A stretch of DNA of 64,000 bases from Candidatus Omnitrophota bacterium. Its GTDB lineage: Bacteria > Omnitrophota > Omnitrophia > Omnitrophales > Aquincolibacteriaceae. A program made the position numbers and the translations under genes. The stretch is from contig DAOPYQ010000004.1 of NCBI GenBank assembly GCA_035352955.1, positions 99,903-163,902 of the forward strand, given 5' to 3'. Below the pieces are notes generated by a model. The model ran no database searches and was not told where the DNA came from. It worked only from the letters and a program-made list of their open reading frames with translations. Positions 1 to 9,645 of the stretch are shown in pieces (positions within the stretch are counted from its first letter, which is position 1; every line of letters starts with the position of its first letter).

Positions 1-27
1 CCCCGGACGAGTCGGCGCTAATGCGGA

Positions 28-1302
28 CTAGACGCGTTCGCCGCGGATCAGGTCCTGGCAGGTCTCGCGTTTGCGAACGACCTTGAAACCCGCACCTTTA
101 ACCATCACCTCGCAGGCGCGCGGGCGCGAATTATAGTTCGAGGACATTGTAAATCCGTACGCCCCGGCCGTCATCAGCGCCAGCAGGTCCCCGGAACGAA
201 CCTCCTCAAGCTCGCGATCTTTCGCGAAAAAATCACCGCTCTCGCAAATCGGACCGACGACATCGTAAACCCAGTGGGCGCCATTTTCCCTCTTCAGCAC
301 CGGCCAAAGATTGTGGTGGGCATTATAAAAGGCCGGACGAATGAGATCGTTCATCCCCGCATCCACGATCGCAAAATGCTTCACGTTTGTCTCTTTGACA
401 TAGATGACCCGTGTCAGTAGAATTCCGCTGTTTGCCGCGACAAAGCGCCCGGGTTCGAAAATCAGCTGGAATTTTCGCTTTTTGAAAAGCGGCAGAATTT
501 TTTCCGCGAATTCTTCGGCCGTTTGGGGATTTTCGTCGCTATAGATTGCCCCGAGCCCGCCGCCAAGATTCAGAAACCGGATCTTCGCACCGGCCATTTC
601 GAGCTCATCGATAAATTCCAGGATCTTCTTGAACGCTTCAACGAACGGATCCCCTGTTTCGATCTGGGAACCAATGTGAACATGGATCCCGGAAAGCACC
701 AGATTCGAAAGACGCTTGCTATCCGCAAAGATCGCCCGGGCATTCTCGAAATCGATCCCAAACTTCGTCTCGGCCTTTCCGGTCGTGATGTAATCGTGCG
801 TATGCGGGTCGACGTTCGGATTGATCCGGAGCGATACGTTCACTTTCTTTCGCATTTTTTTCGCCACGGCATTGATCATTTCAAGTTCCGGCAACGATTC
901 GGCGTTAAAAAGGAGGATTCGGGCGCGGATCGCATCGCGGATCTCGACTTCCGTCTTTCCGACCCCCGCATAAACGATCTTCTTTCCCTGACATTTCACT
1001 TTCTTCGCGCGGAAAAGTTCTCCCCCGGAAACGATGTCGAGACCGGCGCCTTTTTTGACAAGTGCGCGGAGCACAGCCAGGTTGGAATTCGCTTTTACGG
1101 AATAACAGATCATCGGCTTCGCAGCGCGGAACGCCTTCTGAAGTTTCGCAAGGTGGTTCGTAAAGGTCTTATAGCTATAAATATACGCGGGCGTGCCGCA
1201 TTGCTTCGCGATCTTGCCTACGCGAACCTTCTCGCAATAGAGCTCCCCATTCTTATAGTAAAACTCGTGCATTTTTTCTTCGCTGAAATCAATGTGACTC
1301 AT
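28..1302 (-). CDS. lysA: diaminopimelate decarboxylase
   Basis: 424-aa ORF with a PLP-dependent Orn/DAP decarboxylase layout (YSVKANSN, GGGLG, ESGD motifs). A purine-rich SD-like tract GGGAGAGAAAGAAGGA sits immediately upstream. It is the last gene of the arg cluster. Confidence 0.88.
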   Translation of the reverse strand: MSHIDFSEEKMHEFYYKNGELYCEKVRVGKIAKQCGTPAYIYSYKTFTNHLAKLQKAFRAAKPMICYSVKANSNLAVLRALVKKGAGLDIVSGGELFRAKKVKCQGKKIVYAGVGKTEVEIRDAIRARILLFNAESLPELEMINAVAKKMRKKVNVSLRINPNVDPHTHDYITTGKAETKFGIDFENARAIFADSKRLSNLVLSGIHVHIGSQIETGDPFVEAFKKILEFIDELEMAGAKIRFLNLGGGLGAIYSDENPQTAEEFAEKILPLFKKRKFQLIFEPGRFVAANSGILLTRVIYVKETNVKHFAIVDAGMNDLIRPAFYNAHHNLWPVLKRENGAHWVYDVVGPICESGDFFAKDRELEEVRSGDLLALMTAGAYGFTMSSNYNSRPRACEVMVKGAGFKVVRKRETCQDLIRGERV

Positions 1303-1357
1303 GATATTCCTTCTTTCTCTCCCCGACCCGCTCAGGAGAACCGGCCCCTTGGAGGGT

Positions 1358-2737
1358 TCAGGCGAGGGTCTTTTTCCAGACAGCGATCGCCTGCTTCACG
1401 CGCGCGGGGTGCGTGCTCCCGATCGTTTTCTTTCCACGGACCGAATCCTTCGGATCAAAAAGATCGTGTATGTCCGCGTCGAATTTCGGAGAAAACTTTT
1501 TCCACTCCTGGATGGACAACTGACTCATGTTCTTTTCCGCCTCGGCCGCATACCGGACGATCCTGCCGACCAGTTGATGGGCCTCGCTGAACGCCACATC
1601 GCGCCGCACAAGATATTCCAGGATGTCCGTCGCAAAAAGACTGTCTTCCTGCACCGCCGCCGCCATGGCCTCTTTGTTCCAGGTGGCGGAACCGACCGTC
1701 AACGCCAGAAGCTCGAGCGCCGTCAGCGTCTTTTTGACCGCGTCGAACACACCGGGTTTGTCCTCTTGAAGGTCCCGGTTATAGGAAAGCGGCAGGCCCT
1801 TCTGTACCGTAAGGATCGCCTGCAACTGGCCGAACACGACACCGGCCCGGCCGCGCACCAGCTCGAACACGTCGGGATTCTTCTTTTGCGGCATCAGGCT
1901 CGAACCCGTTGCGAACGCGTCGTCGAGTTCGACGTAGCCGAACGCCTCGTTGTTCCAGAGGATAAAATCCTCGGCGAGCCTTGAAAAATGGACCCAAAGG
2001 ATCGAGAGCGCGCCCAGGATCTCCGCAAGAAATCCCCGGTCGCTCACCGCAGCAAGGCTGTTCGGAGCGATCGCGGAAAAACCGAGTTCTTTCGCGAGAA
2101 ACTTCTGATCGAGCGGAAGCGCCGAACCCGCGAGCGCCGCGGACCCGAGCGGAAGAACGTTGATCCGCTTCATGGAATCGGCGAGCCGCGCGTTGTCCTC
2201 GTCCAGCATTTCGACATAGGCCAAAAGATGATGCGCGAGAAGCACAGGCTGGGCCTTCCGGAGATGCGTCATGCCGGGAAGAATGATCCCTTCGGCCTTT
2301 TCGGCCACGGCCACGAGCGCCTTCTGGAGTTTTTTGACCCCGATCCAGATCTCGGAAACTTTCTCCCGCAGATAGATCCGGGTCGACGTCACGACCAGAT
2401 CGTTCCGGCTCCGGCCGGTGTGGATCTTCTTGGCCACCGCTCCCGCTTTCTTCTCGAGTTCCTGCTGGATCAGCGTGTGAATATCTTCATATTTGCAGAC
2501 ACAGGCCTTGAGGTCTTCGCAGGTGAAACTTTTTCCGATAACCCGAAGCGCCTGGATGATCTTGCGGCTTTCCGCAACCGTCAAGATCCCGATCTTTGCG
2601 AGCATCTTGGCATACGCCTCGTTCACCCGGAGTTCCGCCGAAAAAAGTTTGCGATCGGTCTCAAGAGAATAACTGAAACACTTGAGCGCCGGATGCATTT
2701 CCTTTTTAAATCTCCCGCCCCACATTTTCTTCGCCAT
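1358..2737 (-). CDS. argH: argininosuccinate lyase
   Basis: Fumarate-lyase family signature GSSxMPxKxN (TGSSLMPQKKNPD) and an N-terminal MAKKMWGGRF typical of ArgH. The ORF extends to 2758, but the start at 2737 fits the family N-terminus. Confidence 0.88.
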   Translation of the reverse strand: MAKKMWGGRFKKEMHPALKCFSYSLETDRKLFSAELRVNEAYAKMLAKIGILTVAESRKIIQALRVIGKSFTCEDLKACVCKYEDIHTLIQQELEKKAGAVAKKIHTGRSRNDLVVTSTRIYLREKVSEIWIGVKKLQKALVAVAEKAEGIILPGMTHLRKAQPVLLAHHLLAYVEMLDEDNARLADSMKRINVLPLGSAALAGSALPLDQKFLAKELGFSAIAPNSLAAVSDRGFLAEILGALSILWVHFSRLAEDFILWNNEAFGYVELDDAFATGSSLMPQKKNPDVFELVRGRAGVVFGQLQAILTVQKGLPLSYNRDLQEDKPGVFDAVKKTLTALELLALTVGSATWNKEAMAAAVQEDSLFATDILEYLVRRDVAFSEAHQLVGRIVRYAAEAEKNMSQLSIQEWKKFSPKFDADIHDLFDPKDSVRGKKTIGSTHPARVKQAIAVWKKTLA

Positions 2738-2846
2738 GATTAGCACCATATTCTGCAAAAATTAAAGATCAAAATTAAAATATCAAAACCATGGCAGCGC
2801 TAAAAGCGCTCTCATTCATTTTGCTCTTTGATCTTTGCCCTTTGCT

Positions 2847-4031
2847 TTATTTTTTGTACATTCCCTCGTACGGAAGGCCCCAGATCTTCATGAATCCGGT
2901 CGCTGCCTTCCGGTCAAAAATGTCGCCCTTGGAATAGGTCGCGAGCTTTTCCTTGTAGAGGGCGAATTTCGATTCCCGGCCGACACAAACCGCGTGTCCA
3001 TGCTCGAGCTTGAACCGGACCTTACCGGTCACGCGCACCTGGTTCGATGCAAAGAACGCATCCAGCGCCCGCTTCAGCGGCGAGAACCAGAGCCCGAAAT
3101 AAACGAGCTCGGCATATTTCTCGGAAAGGACCCTCTTATAGTGAAGGAATTCCCGGTCCATAACGAACCCTTCGAGCTCCTCGTGAGCTTTCAACAGAAC
3201 GTCGGCGGCCGGCGCTTCATACACCTCGCGGCTTTTGATCCCGACCAGCCGGTTCTCGATCATATCAAAACGTCCCACGCCGTATTCGCCGGCGATCCTG
3301 TTAAGGTTTTCGATAAGCGCCACAAGCGCCATTTTCTTGCCGTTCAATCTTACCGGAACACCTTTCACGAAATCGATCTCGATGTAACGCGGCGTCTTCG
3401 GCGTCTTGCCGGAAGCCTTCGTCATCACATATGCGTCTTCGGGCGGCTCCACCATCGGATCTTCGAGGATCCCCGCTTCGATCGCGATTCCCCAGATATT
3501 TTTGTCGATGGAGTAAATGCTTTTTTTCGTCACATCGATCGGGATGTTCCGCTCCTTCGCGTATTCGATCTCTTCTTCCCGCGTCTTGAATTCCCATTCC
3601 CTGAGCGGCGCGATGATCTTGAGCTCCGGATTGAGCGTTCTCACTCCGACCTCAAGCCGGACCTGGTCGTTCCCTTTGCCGGTGCAGCCGTGTGCCACGA
3701 ACCCGGCACCTTCCCGCTCCGCCACGTCAACAAGGTGCTTCGCAATAAGCGGCCGGCCGAGCGCCGTCGCAAGAGGATACTTCCCCTCATAGCGGGCATG
3801 GGCCCAAACCGCGGGCATGATGTAATCGCTCGCGAACTCTTCTTTAAGATCAACGATGAAAGTTTTCACGGCCCCCGCGGCTTCGGCGCGTTTTTGGATC
3901 TTCGTCTTGTTCTTCACTTCACCGATGAACGCCGAAAAACAGATGACATCGAGACCGTATTGCTCCTGCAACCATTTCACCGCACAGGAGGTGTCAAGTC
4001 CTCCGGAATATGCTAACACCACTTTTTTCAT
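2847..4031 (-). CDS. argG: argininosuccinate synthase
   Basis: 394-aa ORF. The N-terminal AYSGGLDTS PP-loop and overall ArgG architecture are unmistakable. Confidence 0.93.
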   Translation of the reverse strand: MKKVVLAYSGGLDTSCAVKWLQEQYGLDVICFSAFIGEVKNKTKIQKRAEAAGAVKTFIVDLKEEFASDYIMPAVWAHARYEGKYPLATALGRPLIAKHLVDVAEREGAGFVAHGCTGKGNDQVRLEVGVRTLNPELKIIAPLREWEFKTREEEIEYAKERNIPIDVTKKSIYSIDKNIWGIAIEAGILEDPMVEPPEDAYVMTKASGKTPKTPRYIEIDFVKGVPVRLNGKKMALVALIENLNRIAGEYGVGRFDMIENRLVGIKSREVYEAPAADVLLKAHEELEGFVMDREFLHYKRVLSEKYAELVYFGLWFSPLKRALDAFFASNQVRVTGKVRFKLEHGHAVCVGRESKFALYKEKLATYSKGDIFDRKAATGFMKIWGLPYEGMYKK

Positions 4032-4963
4032 TGAATCGCTCCTTGTTGATGAAGATAAAGCAGGACCGCTTTCTGGATATGGAGCCGGTTCTCCGCCTCG
4101 TCGAACACGATACAGTTCTTGCTTTCCATCACGCTATCCGTGATCTCTTCGCCCCGGTGCGCCGGCAGGCAGTGCATGATGAGCGCTCCTTTTTTAGCCT
4201 TCGCAACGAGCTCCTTATTGACTTGCATGCCCTGAAAGTCCTTGAGCTTCTTCTTCCGCATGGCTTCCTCGCCCATACTGACCCACACATCCGTATAAAT
4301 GGCATCCGCGTCTTTCACAGCTTCGGCCGGGTCAAAGAATCCTTCGATCACGGCGCCGGTCTTCTGGGCGATCTCTTGGGCGGCTTTGACGATCTTCGGA
4401 TCGGGCTGATACTTTTTCGGCGTCGCATACCGGATCTTCGCGCCGAGTTTCGCCGCCACAAGCATAAGCGAATTTAACACGTTGTTGCCGTCCCCCACGA
4501 ACGCGAGAACGGGATCCTTTTCGGCCGGGATCTTTTCATAAATCGTCATGTAATCCGCAAGCGCCTGGCACGGATGCTCCTTGTCGCTCAGGCCGTTGAT
4601 CACCGGTTTTTCAAAATAATCCCGGAATTCCGTAATGGTCCAGTGTGAAAACGTCCGCATGACCACGCCCGCCAGATACCGGTTCAGCACCCGCGCCACA
4701 TCACGCACTTCTTCCCGCACGCCGAGTTTGATGTCCTCGGGCCCGAGATAGATCACGCCGCCGCCCATGGAAAAAATACCGGATTGAAAAGAAACCCAGG
4801 TCCGGGTCGACGGTTTTTCGAAAATAAAACCGAACATCCGGCCTTCAAGGACATTGCGAAAATCCTGAGGCCTTTTTTTGAGGTCAGCCGCAAGAGACAG
4901 CAATTGTCTGACTTCTTCCGCACTGAGGTCGTTAATGGAAATCAGTGAGTTGAACATGAACAA
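4028..4963 (-). CDS. argF: ornithine carbamoyltransferase
   Basis: 311 aa with the STRTR carbamoyl-phosphate binding motif (EKPSTRTWVSF) and HCLP motif (MHCLPAHRGEE). It overlaps the argG start by 4 nt. Confidence 0.87.
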   Translation of the reverse strand: MFMFNSLISINDLSAEEVRQLLSLAADLKKRPQDFRNVLEGRMFGFIFEKPSTRTWVSFQSGIFSMGGGVIYLGPEDIKLGVREEVRDVARVLNRYLAGVVMRTFSHWTITEFRDYFEKPVINGLSDKEHPCQALADYMTIYEKIPAEKDPVLAFVGDGNNVLNSLMLVAAKLGAKIRYATPKKYQPDPKIVKAAQEIAQKTGAVIEGFFDPAEAVKDADAIYTDVWVSMGEEAMRKKKLKDFQGMQVNKELVAKAKKGALIMHCLPAHRGEEITDSVMESKNCIVFDEAENRLHIQKAVLLYLHQQGAIQ

Positions 4964-6162
4964 CCTTCGCTTTTCTTGGAAAGTTTCGCGAACACCCCGT
5001 TCAGGATATTCACGCTAAGCTTGATCTCTTTCGTGCTCACCGTCATCGGGGGCATAATCCTGAGCACATCGCCCTGCGTGGCGTTGATGAGAAGCCCCCT
5101 CGCCCGCGCTTCATCGGCATAGGGTGCCGCGGGTTCTTTCAATTTCAGGCCCCGCATAAGTCCCGTCCCAAGGATGCTTTCGATCACCGGATACCTGTCC
5201 TGCAGCTTGGCAAACTCCCCGGCAAGCAGCTCCCCCATCCTAACGGTGTTCGTCAAAAGCTTTTCTTTTTTGATCGCTTTGAAGACTGCAAGCGCCGCCG
5301 CGCACACGAGCGGGTTCCCGCCGAAAGTCGATCCGTGCATGCCCGCCGTCAACACTTCCTTGGCGATCTTCCGGTTCACAACAAAGGCCCCGATCGGTGC
5401 GCCACCGCCAAGGGTTTTGGCGAGCGTCATGATATCGGGCTCAAGGTTGTAATGCTGGTACGCAAACATCTTGCCCGTACGCCCCATGCCGGTCTGAACC
5501 TCATCCAGGATCATCAGCATGTCTTTTTCGTCGCAAAGATTCCGGATGCCCTGAAGGAACTCTGGCGTTGCCGTCTGAACGCCGCCTTCACCCAGGATCG
5601 GCTCAAGCATGATCGCAATGGTTTTCGACGTCACAAGCCTCTTCACGGATTCAAGATCATTGAACTCCGCATAAAGGAATTTTTCCATGAGCGGCTGGAA
5701 CCCCTGATGAAACTTTTCCTGCCCCGTCGCGGTCATCGCCGCAAGCGTCCGCCCGTGAAACGACCGTTTCATGGTAATGATCTCGTAACGGCCGGTTTCG
5801 CTGCCGTATCTTTTGGCAAACTTGATCGCGCCTTCATTCGCCTCCGCGCCGCTATTCCCGAAGAATACGCGCGACGGAAAAGACGCTTCCGAGATCGCTT
5901 TCGCCAGCTCGCTCTGTTTGATGCTTAGAAAATTGTTGGAAATGTGAAGCATCTTGCCCGCCTGTTCGCGGATCGCGCTCACCACGGCCGGATGGCAATG
6001 CCCGATCCCCGAAACCGCCCAACCGGGAAAGAAATCCAGATACTCTTTCCCTTCAAGGTCCCAAACGCGCGAGCCCTTCCCTTTGACCAGGCAGATCGGC
6101 AGCCGGGCGTAGGTCGGCATCACATAGTGATCATAAAGTTTTTGAACGTCAGTGGTTTTCAT
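4942..6162 (-). CDS. argD: acetylornithine aminotransferase
   Basis: Class-III aminotransferase motifs: GNSGAEANEGAIK, and DEVQTGMGRTGK containing the PLP lysine. The ORF runs to 6351, but ATG at 6162 (MKTTDVQKLYDHYVMPTY) matches the family N-terminus. Confidence 0.85.
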   Translation of the reverse strand: MKTTDVQKLYDHYVMPTYARLPICLVKGKGSRVWDLEGKEYLDFFPGWAVSGIGHCHPAVVSAIREQAGKMLHISNNFLSIKQSELAKAISEASFPSRVFFGNSGAEANEGAIKFAKRYGSETGRYEIITMKRSFHGRTLAAMTATGQEKFHQGFQPLMEKFLYAEFNDLESVKRLVTSKTIAIMLEPILGEGGVQTATPEFLQGIRNLCDEKDMLMILDEVQTGMGRTGKMFAYQHYNLEPDIMTLAKTLGGGAPIGAFVVNRKIAKEVLTAGMHGSTFGGNPLVCAAALAVFKAIKKEKLLTNTVRMGELLAGEFAKLQDRYPVIESILGTGLMRGLKLKEPAAPYADEARARGLLINATQGDVLRIMPPMTVSTKEIKLSVNILNGVFAKLSKKSEGCSCSTH

Positions 6163-6235
6163 AAAAACAGGCCTCAGGTCTTCGATTCTTAGATCCCCGT
6201 CGCCAGGACCGAGGACCGGTATTCGGGGACCGGTT

Positions 6236-7090
6236 CTATAATGTGATTTCCGTCCCGATACCCTGATCGGTAAAGATCTCAAGCAGCAGCGCGTGCGTGA
6301 TGCGGCCGTCGATGATGTGCGCTTTCGGAACACCGCCCTTGAGGGCGTCAATGCAAGCCTTCACTTTGGGGATCATGCCCCCGGAAATAATGCCCTGGTC
6401 GATCAGCTTCTGCGTATCGTTCACATGGAGTGACGGGATCAAAGTGCTCTCGTCCTTAAAATCCCGGAGAATCCCTTTCACGTTCGTCAGGACCATAAAC
6501 TTGTGCGTGCCCATCGCCGCTGCGATATTGGCCGCCGCTTCATCCGCGTTCACATTGTACATTTCACCATCCGGCCCCTTCCCCACCGGGAAGATCACCG
6601 GGATCCTGCCAAACTCCGTAAGCTCCTTGAGCGGCACGGTATTGACCGACGAAACATCGCCGACAAACCCGACATCCCCGCTTTCCGTATGCTTCACGAC
6701 GTTCAGGATCTCCGCATCATAACCGGAAAGGCCGACCGCGGAGCCGCCGAGCCGTTCGATATCGCGAACGATGCTCCGGTTCAGTTCGGCCAGCGTCTCG
6801 TTCACGACCGAGATCGCCGCCTTGTCGGTCACGCGCAAACCATTCACGAACTCACTCTGCACGCCCTTCTTTTTCATGTTCTCGGTAATATATTTGCCGC
6901 CACCGTGGATCAGGATCGGACGGATGCCGACATAGCTCATGAACACGAGGTCCTGGAGCACCATGTCGCGGACCTCCTGGTACGTCAGGGCCGCACCGCC
7001 GTATTTGATCAGAACTTCCTTGCCGCGGAATTTCTGAATATACGGAAGGGCCTCGATCAGAACACTCGCTTTTTCGATAAGTTGCTGCAT
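6236..7090 (-). CDS. argB: acetylglutamate kinase
   Basis: 284 aa, amino-acid kinase family, with VLIKYGG and LIHGGG motifs. Confidence 0.9.
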   Translation of the reverse strand: MQQLIEKASVLIEALPYIQKFRGKEVLIKYGGAALTYQEVRDMVLQDLVFMSYVGIRPILIHGGGKYITENMKKKGVQSEFVNGLRVTDKAAISVVNETLAELNRSIVRDIERLGGSAVGLSGYDAEILNVVKHTESGDVGFVGDVSSVNTVPLKELTEFGRIPVIFPVGKGPDGEMYNVNADEAAANIAAAMGTHKFMVLTNVKGILRDFKDESTLIPSLHVNDTQKLIDQGIISGGMIPKVKACIDALKGGVPKAHIIDGRITHALLLEIFTDQGIGTEITL

Positions 7091-7111
7091 TGTTAGCGTC
7101 CAGGGTTCAGC

Positions 7112-7154
7112 GGATAGGGTATAGAAAAACTCTTCTATACCCTAAACCCTATCC
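7112..7154 (-). promoter_or_regulatory. intra-operon palindrome between argJ and argB (possible processing site or attenuator)
   Basis: GGATAGGG-TATAGAA-[AAACTC]-TTCTATA-CCCTAAA-CCCTATCC. The 10-bp perfect stem GGGTATAGAA/TTCTATACCC (7117-7126/7133-7142) is flanked by a GGATAGGG/CCCTATCC outer stem. It lies in the 72-bp argJ-argB spacer. Confidence 0.4.
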
Positions 7155-7162
7155 CCTATCTC

Positions 7163-8382
7163 CTAGGAGTATGCCGCGTTAATGAGAACGTATTTCGTCG
7201 TGAGATCGGACGTGATGAACTCCGCCCGCCCGCGTCCTTTTCCGATCACCACATCGATCGTGAATTCTTTTTTCTGGAGGATCCTGCGCGCCTTCGGAAT
7301 ATTGAGAACACGGAGCCGACCCTGGTGGACCACCTGCGCATCCCCGAAGGAAATGCTCATGTCTTTAAAATTAAAATCGACACCGCTCGCGCCCACCGCG
7401 GCCGCAATACGGCCCCAGTTCGGGTTCGATCCCGCAAGCATCGTTTTAAAGAGCATGGAATTCGCGATCTGCCGCGCGGCCCGTTCGGCATCCGTCGGCG
7501 TCTTCGCCCCAGAGACCCGCAGCCGACAGACATGCGTCACGCCTTCGCCATCCATGATCATTTCGTGCGCAATATAGCGCATGACTTCTTCGAGCGTCTC
7601 CCGGAACATCCAGTAATCCTTGCCGATCTTCTGGATCGTCGGATTCCCGGCCTCGCCATTCGCAAGACACAGCACCGTATCGTTCGTGCTCATGTCGTTG
7701 TCGATCGCCATCTGGTTGAACGTATCGTCCGCCGCGTGACGCACCGCGCGCCGCAGCATCTGCTTTGTGATCGCACAATCCGTCGTGATGAAGCAAAGCA
7801 TCGTCGCCATGTTCGGATGGACCATGCCGGCGCCTTTCGCGCACGCGGCGATAGTGACCTTTTTACCGCCGAGTTCGATCGAAAGAGCGATCTCCTTGGT
7901 CGAAAGGTCCGTCGTCAGGATCCCCTTCGCCGCCCCGTGTCCGCCTTTTTCGGAAAGCTTGCTAACAAGCTTGGGCATCGCCCGTTTTACGCAGGTGATC
8001 GGAAACGGCACGCCGATGATCCCCGTTTGGGAGATCAAAACCTCGTTCGGAAGAACCTCAAGGTGCTTCGCCGCTTCCCACGTCAACTCATCAACGGCTT
8101 TTTTACCGATCGGACCGTTCAAGCAGTTCGCGTTCCCGCTGGTACCGAGGATCGCGTGGTGCTTCGGGGCATGCATCGCCTTCATCGACTGGATCACGGG
8201 CCACGCCTTTGCCCGGTTCGTCGTAAATGTCCCGGCCGCAACGCAGGGGGTCTTGGAATAAATCATCGAGACATCGTATTTCTTTTTCTTCTTCTTAATC
8301 CCTGCATGGATCCCGCCCGCGACAAACCCTCGCGGCGTAGTGACGGAACCGTTCTTCTCCCGCTTCCAAAAAGGTTTTTTCA
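7163..8382 (-). CDS. argJ: bifunctional glutamate N-acetyltransferase / ornithine acetyltransferase
   Basis: ArgJ family, including the autoproteolytic ATML site (NMATMLCFITTD). ATG at 8382 (MKKPFWK) overlaps the argC stop in a TAATG arrangement. The upstream extension of the ORF to 8530 is rejected. Confidence 0.9.
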
Positions 8383-9405
8383 TTAGCTGAGTCCCGCCTC
8401 CTCGGGGAATCCGAACCGGATGTTCATATTCTGGACGGCCTGCCCGGCCGCACCCTTGACAAGATTGTCGATCGCCGTCAGGATCACGAGACGTCCCGTT
8501 CTGGCATCCAGCGAAAGGCCGATGTCGCAAAAATTCGCATGTTGAACGTCCTTGATCGCCGGGAATTTCCCTTCGGGTTTGATCCTGACAAAAGGTTCTT
8601 TCCGGTACCGGGTCTCGAGCGTCTGACGGATCATCGCCTCGGTCACTTTTTTCGCCGGTTCGGCGTAGATCGTCGCAAGAATCCCCCGCGAAATCGGAAG
8701 AAGATGCGGCACAAACGTGATCTTCACATCCCGCCCCGCCGCTTCGGAAAGATTCTGCTCGATCTCCGGCGTGTGCTGATGTTTATTCACTTTATACGCA
8801 TTGTAATTCCCGTCAACTTCGCAAAAATGCGTCGCAGTAACAAGCTTTTTCCCGGCACCGCTGACCCCGGAGGCGGCATTGATGATAATGGATCTCGGAT
8901 CGATCAATTTTTCTTTCAAAAGCGGGATCAGGGCCAGCGACGGCCCCGTAGGATAACAACCGGGATTTGAAATGAGATCGGCCTTCTTGATCCTAGCCCG
9001 ATGGATCTCGCAAAGTCCGTAGACCGCTTCTTTCAGCCTTTCCGGGAACACATGCTCCACCCCGTACCATTTCGGATAGAGCCCGGGATCCTTCAGGCGA
9101 AAATCTGCGGAAAGATCGATCACGACCTTGCCGGCATTACGGAACTGATCCCCGGCGGTCATCGCTTCCGTATGCGGAAGGCAAAGAAACACCACTTCCG
9201 CCTTTTTTTTGACCTCTTCGAATGAATAAGGAGTGATTTCGAGCCCGATCGTCTTGGAAACGCCCGGCAGAACATCGTTTAGCGGAATGGGTTTTTCCTG
9301 CCTTGTGGTCAGAACAGAGACCCGGACGTTCGGATGCGACAAAAGGAGCTTTGTAAGCTCGACCCCTGTGTATCCTGTGGCTCCAAGAACCGCGCAGCTA
9401 AGCAT
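8383..9405 (-). CDS. argC: N-acetyl-gamma-glutamyl-phosphate reductase
   Basis: 340 aa with an N-terminal GATGYTG Rossmann motif and the active-site region ISNPGCYPT. It is the first gene of the operon, with a GGAGAG SD upstream. Confidence 0.92.
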   Translation of the reverse strand: MLSCAVLGATGYTGVELTKLLLSHPNVRVSVLTTRQEKPIPLNDVLPGVSKTIGLEITPYSFEEVKKKAEVVFLCLPHTEAMTAGDQFRNAGKVVIDLSADFRLKDPGLYPKWYGVEHVFPERLKEAVYGLCEIHRARIKKADLISNPGCYPTGPSLALIPLLKEKLIDPRSIIINAASGVSGAGKKLVTATHFCEVDGNYNAYKVNKHQHTPEIEQNLSEAAGRDVKITFVPHLLPISRGILATIYAEPAKKVTEAMIRQTLETRYRKEPFVRIKPEGKFPAIKDVQHANFCDIGLSLDARTGRLVILTAIDNLVKGAAGQAVQNMNIRFGFPEEAGLS

Positions 9406-9485
9406 GTTCCTCGTGTATCTCTCCTTTAAGGGAATTCCCGGCAGTCTTCTTTGAAAAAAGGAAAGCTCGGGATAGCGGATTCGGT

Positions 9486-9514
9486 ATTATAGGAATGGCT
9501 CTATCCTTTGTCAA
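9486..9514 (-). promoter_or_regulatory. sigma70-type promoter of the arg operon
   Basis: On the minus strand: TTGACA (9514-9509), a 17-nt spacer, then TATAAT (9491-9486). Both hexamers match consensus perfectly. It is ~80 nt upstream of the argC ATG. Confidence 0.55.
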
Positions 9515-9607
9515 TTTAAGAAGTTACAGAAAACAGTCTTCCACCATGTTCTGGATGAATATACACTCTATCCCCTAAGAATCAAAGGGGTTACAGCATT
9601 TTCTCTA

Positions 9608-9636
9608 TTGACAGGACTTGGGAAAACTTTTATGGT
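9608..9636 (+). promoter_or_regulatory. promoter of rnc; the -10 lies 9 nt from the ATG (likely leaderless)
   Basis: TTGACA (9608-9613), a 17-nt spacer, then TATGGT (9631-9636). The ATG is at 9646 with no SD in between. Confidence 0.4.
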
Positions 9637-9645
9637 ACGTGCATC

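Noticed and set aside
523-1590. 355-aa plus-strand ORF overlapping lysA and argH
   Set aside because: It is antisense to two strongly supported genes. The translation is Arg/Pro/Gly-rich with no motifs, as expected for shadow ORFs in GC-rich DNA.
7163-8530. N-terminal 49-codon extension of argJ; similar upstream extensions of argD (to 6351), the S4-RluA gene (to 38116), rluE (to 38526), the PilV-like gene (to 33415) and the dsbD-like gene (to 62983)
   Set aside because: The extensions overlap the upstream genes, lack homology to the respective families and are Arg/Gly-rich. Internal ATGs that match family N-termini, often with SD-like sequences or stop-start overlaps, were chosen instead.
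9540-9600. Candidate ArgR ARG box (TGAATATACA) upstream of the arg promoter
   Set aside because: Only a half-site-like match, without the palindromic ATTCA partner at the right spacing. I cannot support an operator call without a PWM scan.
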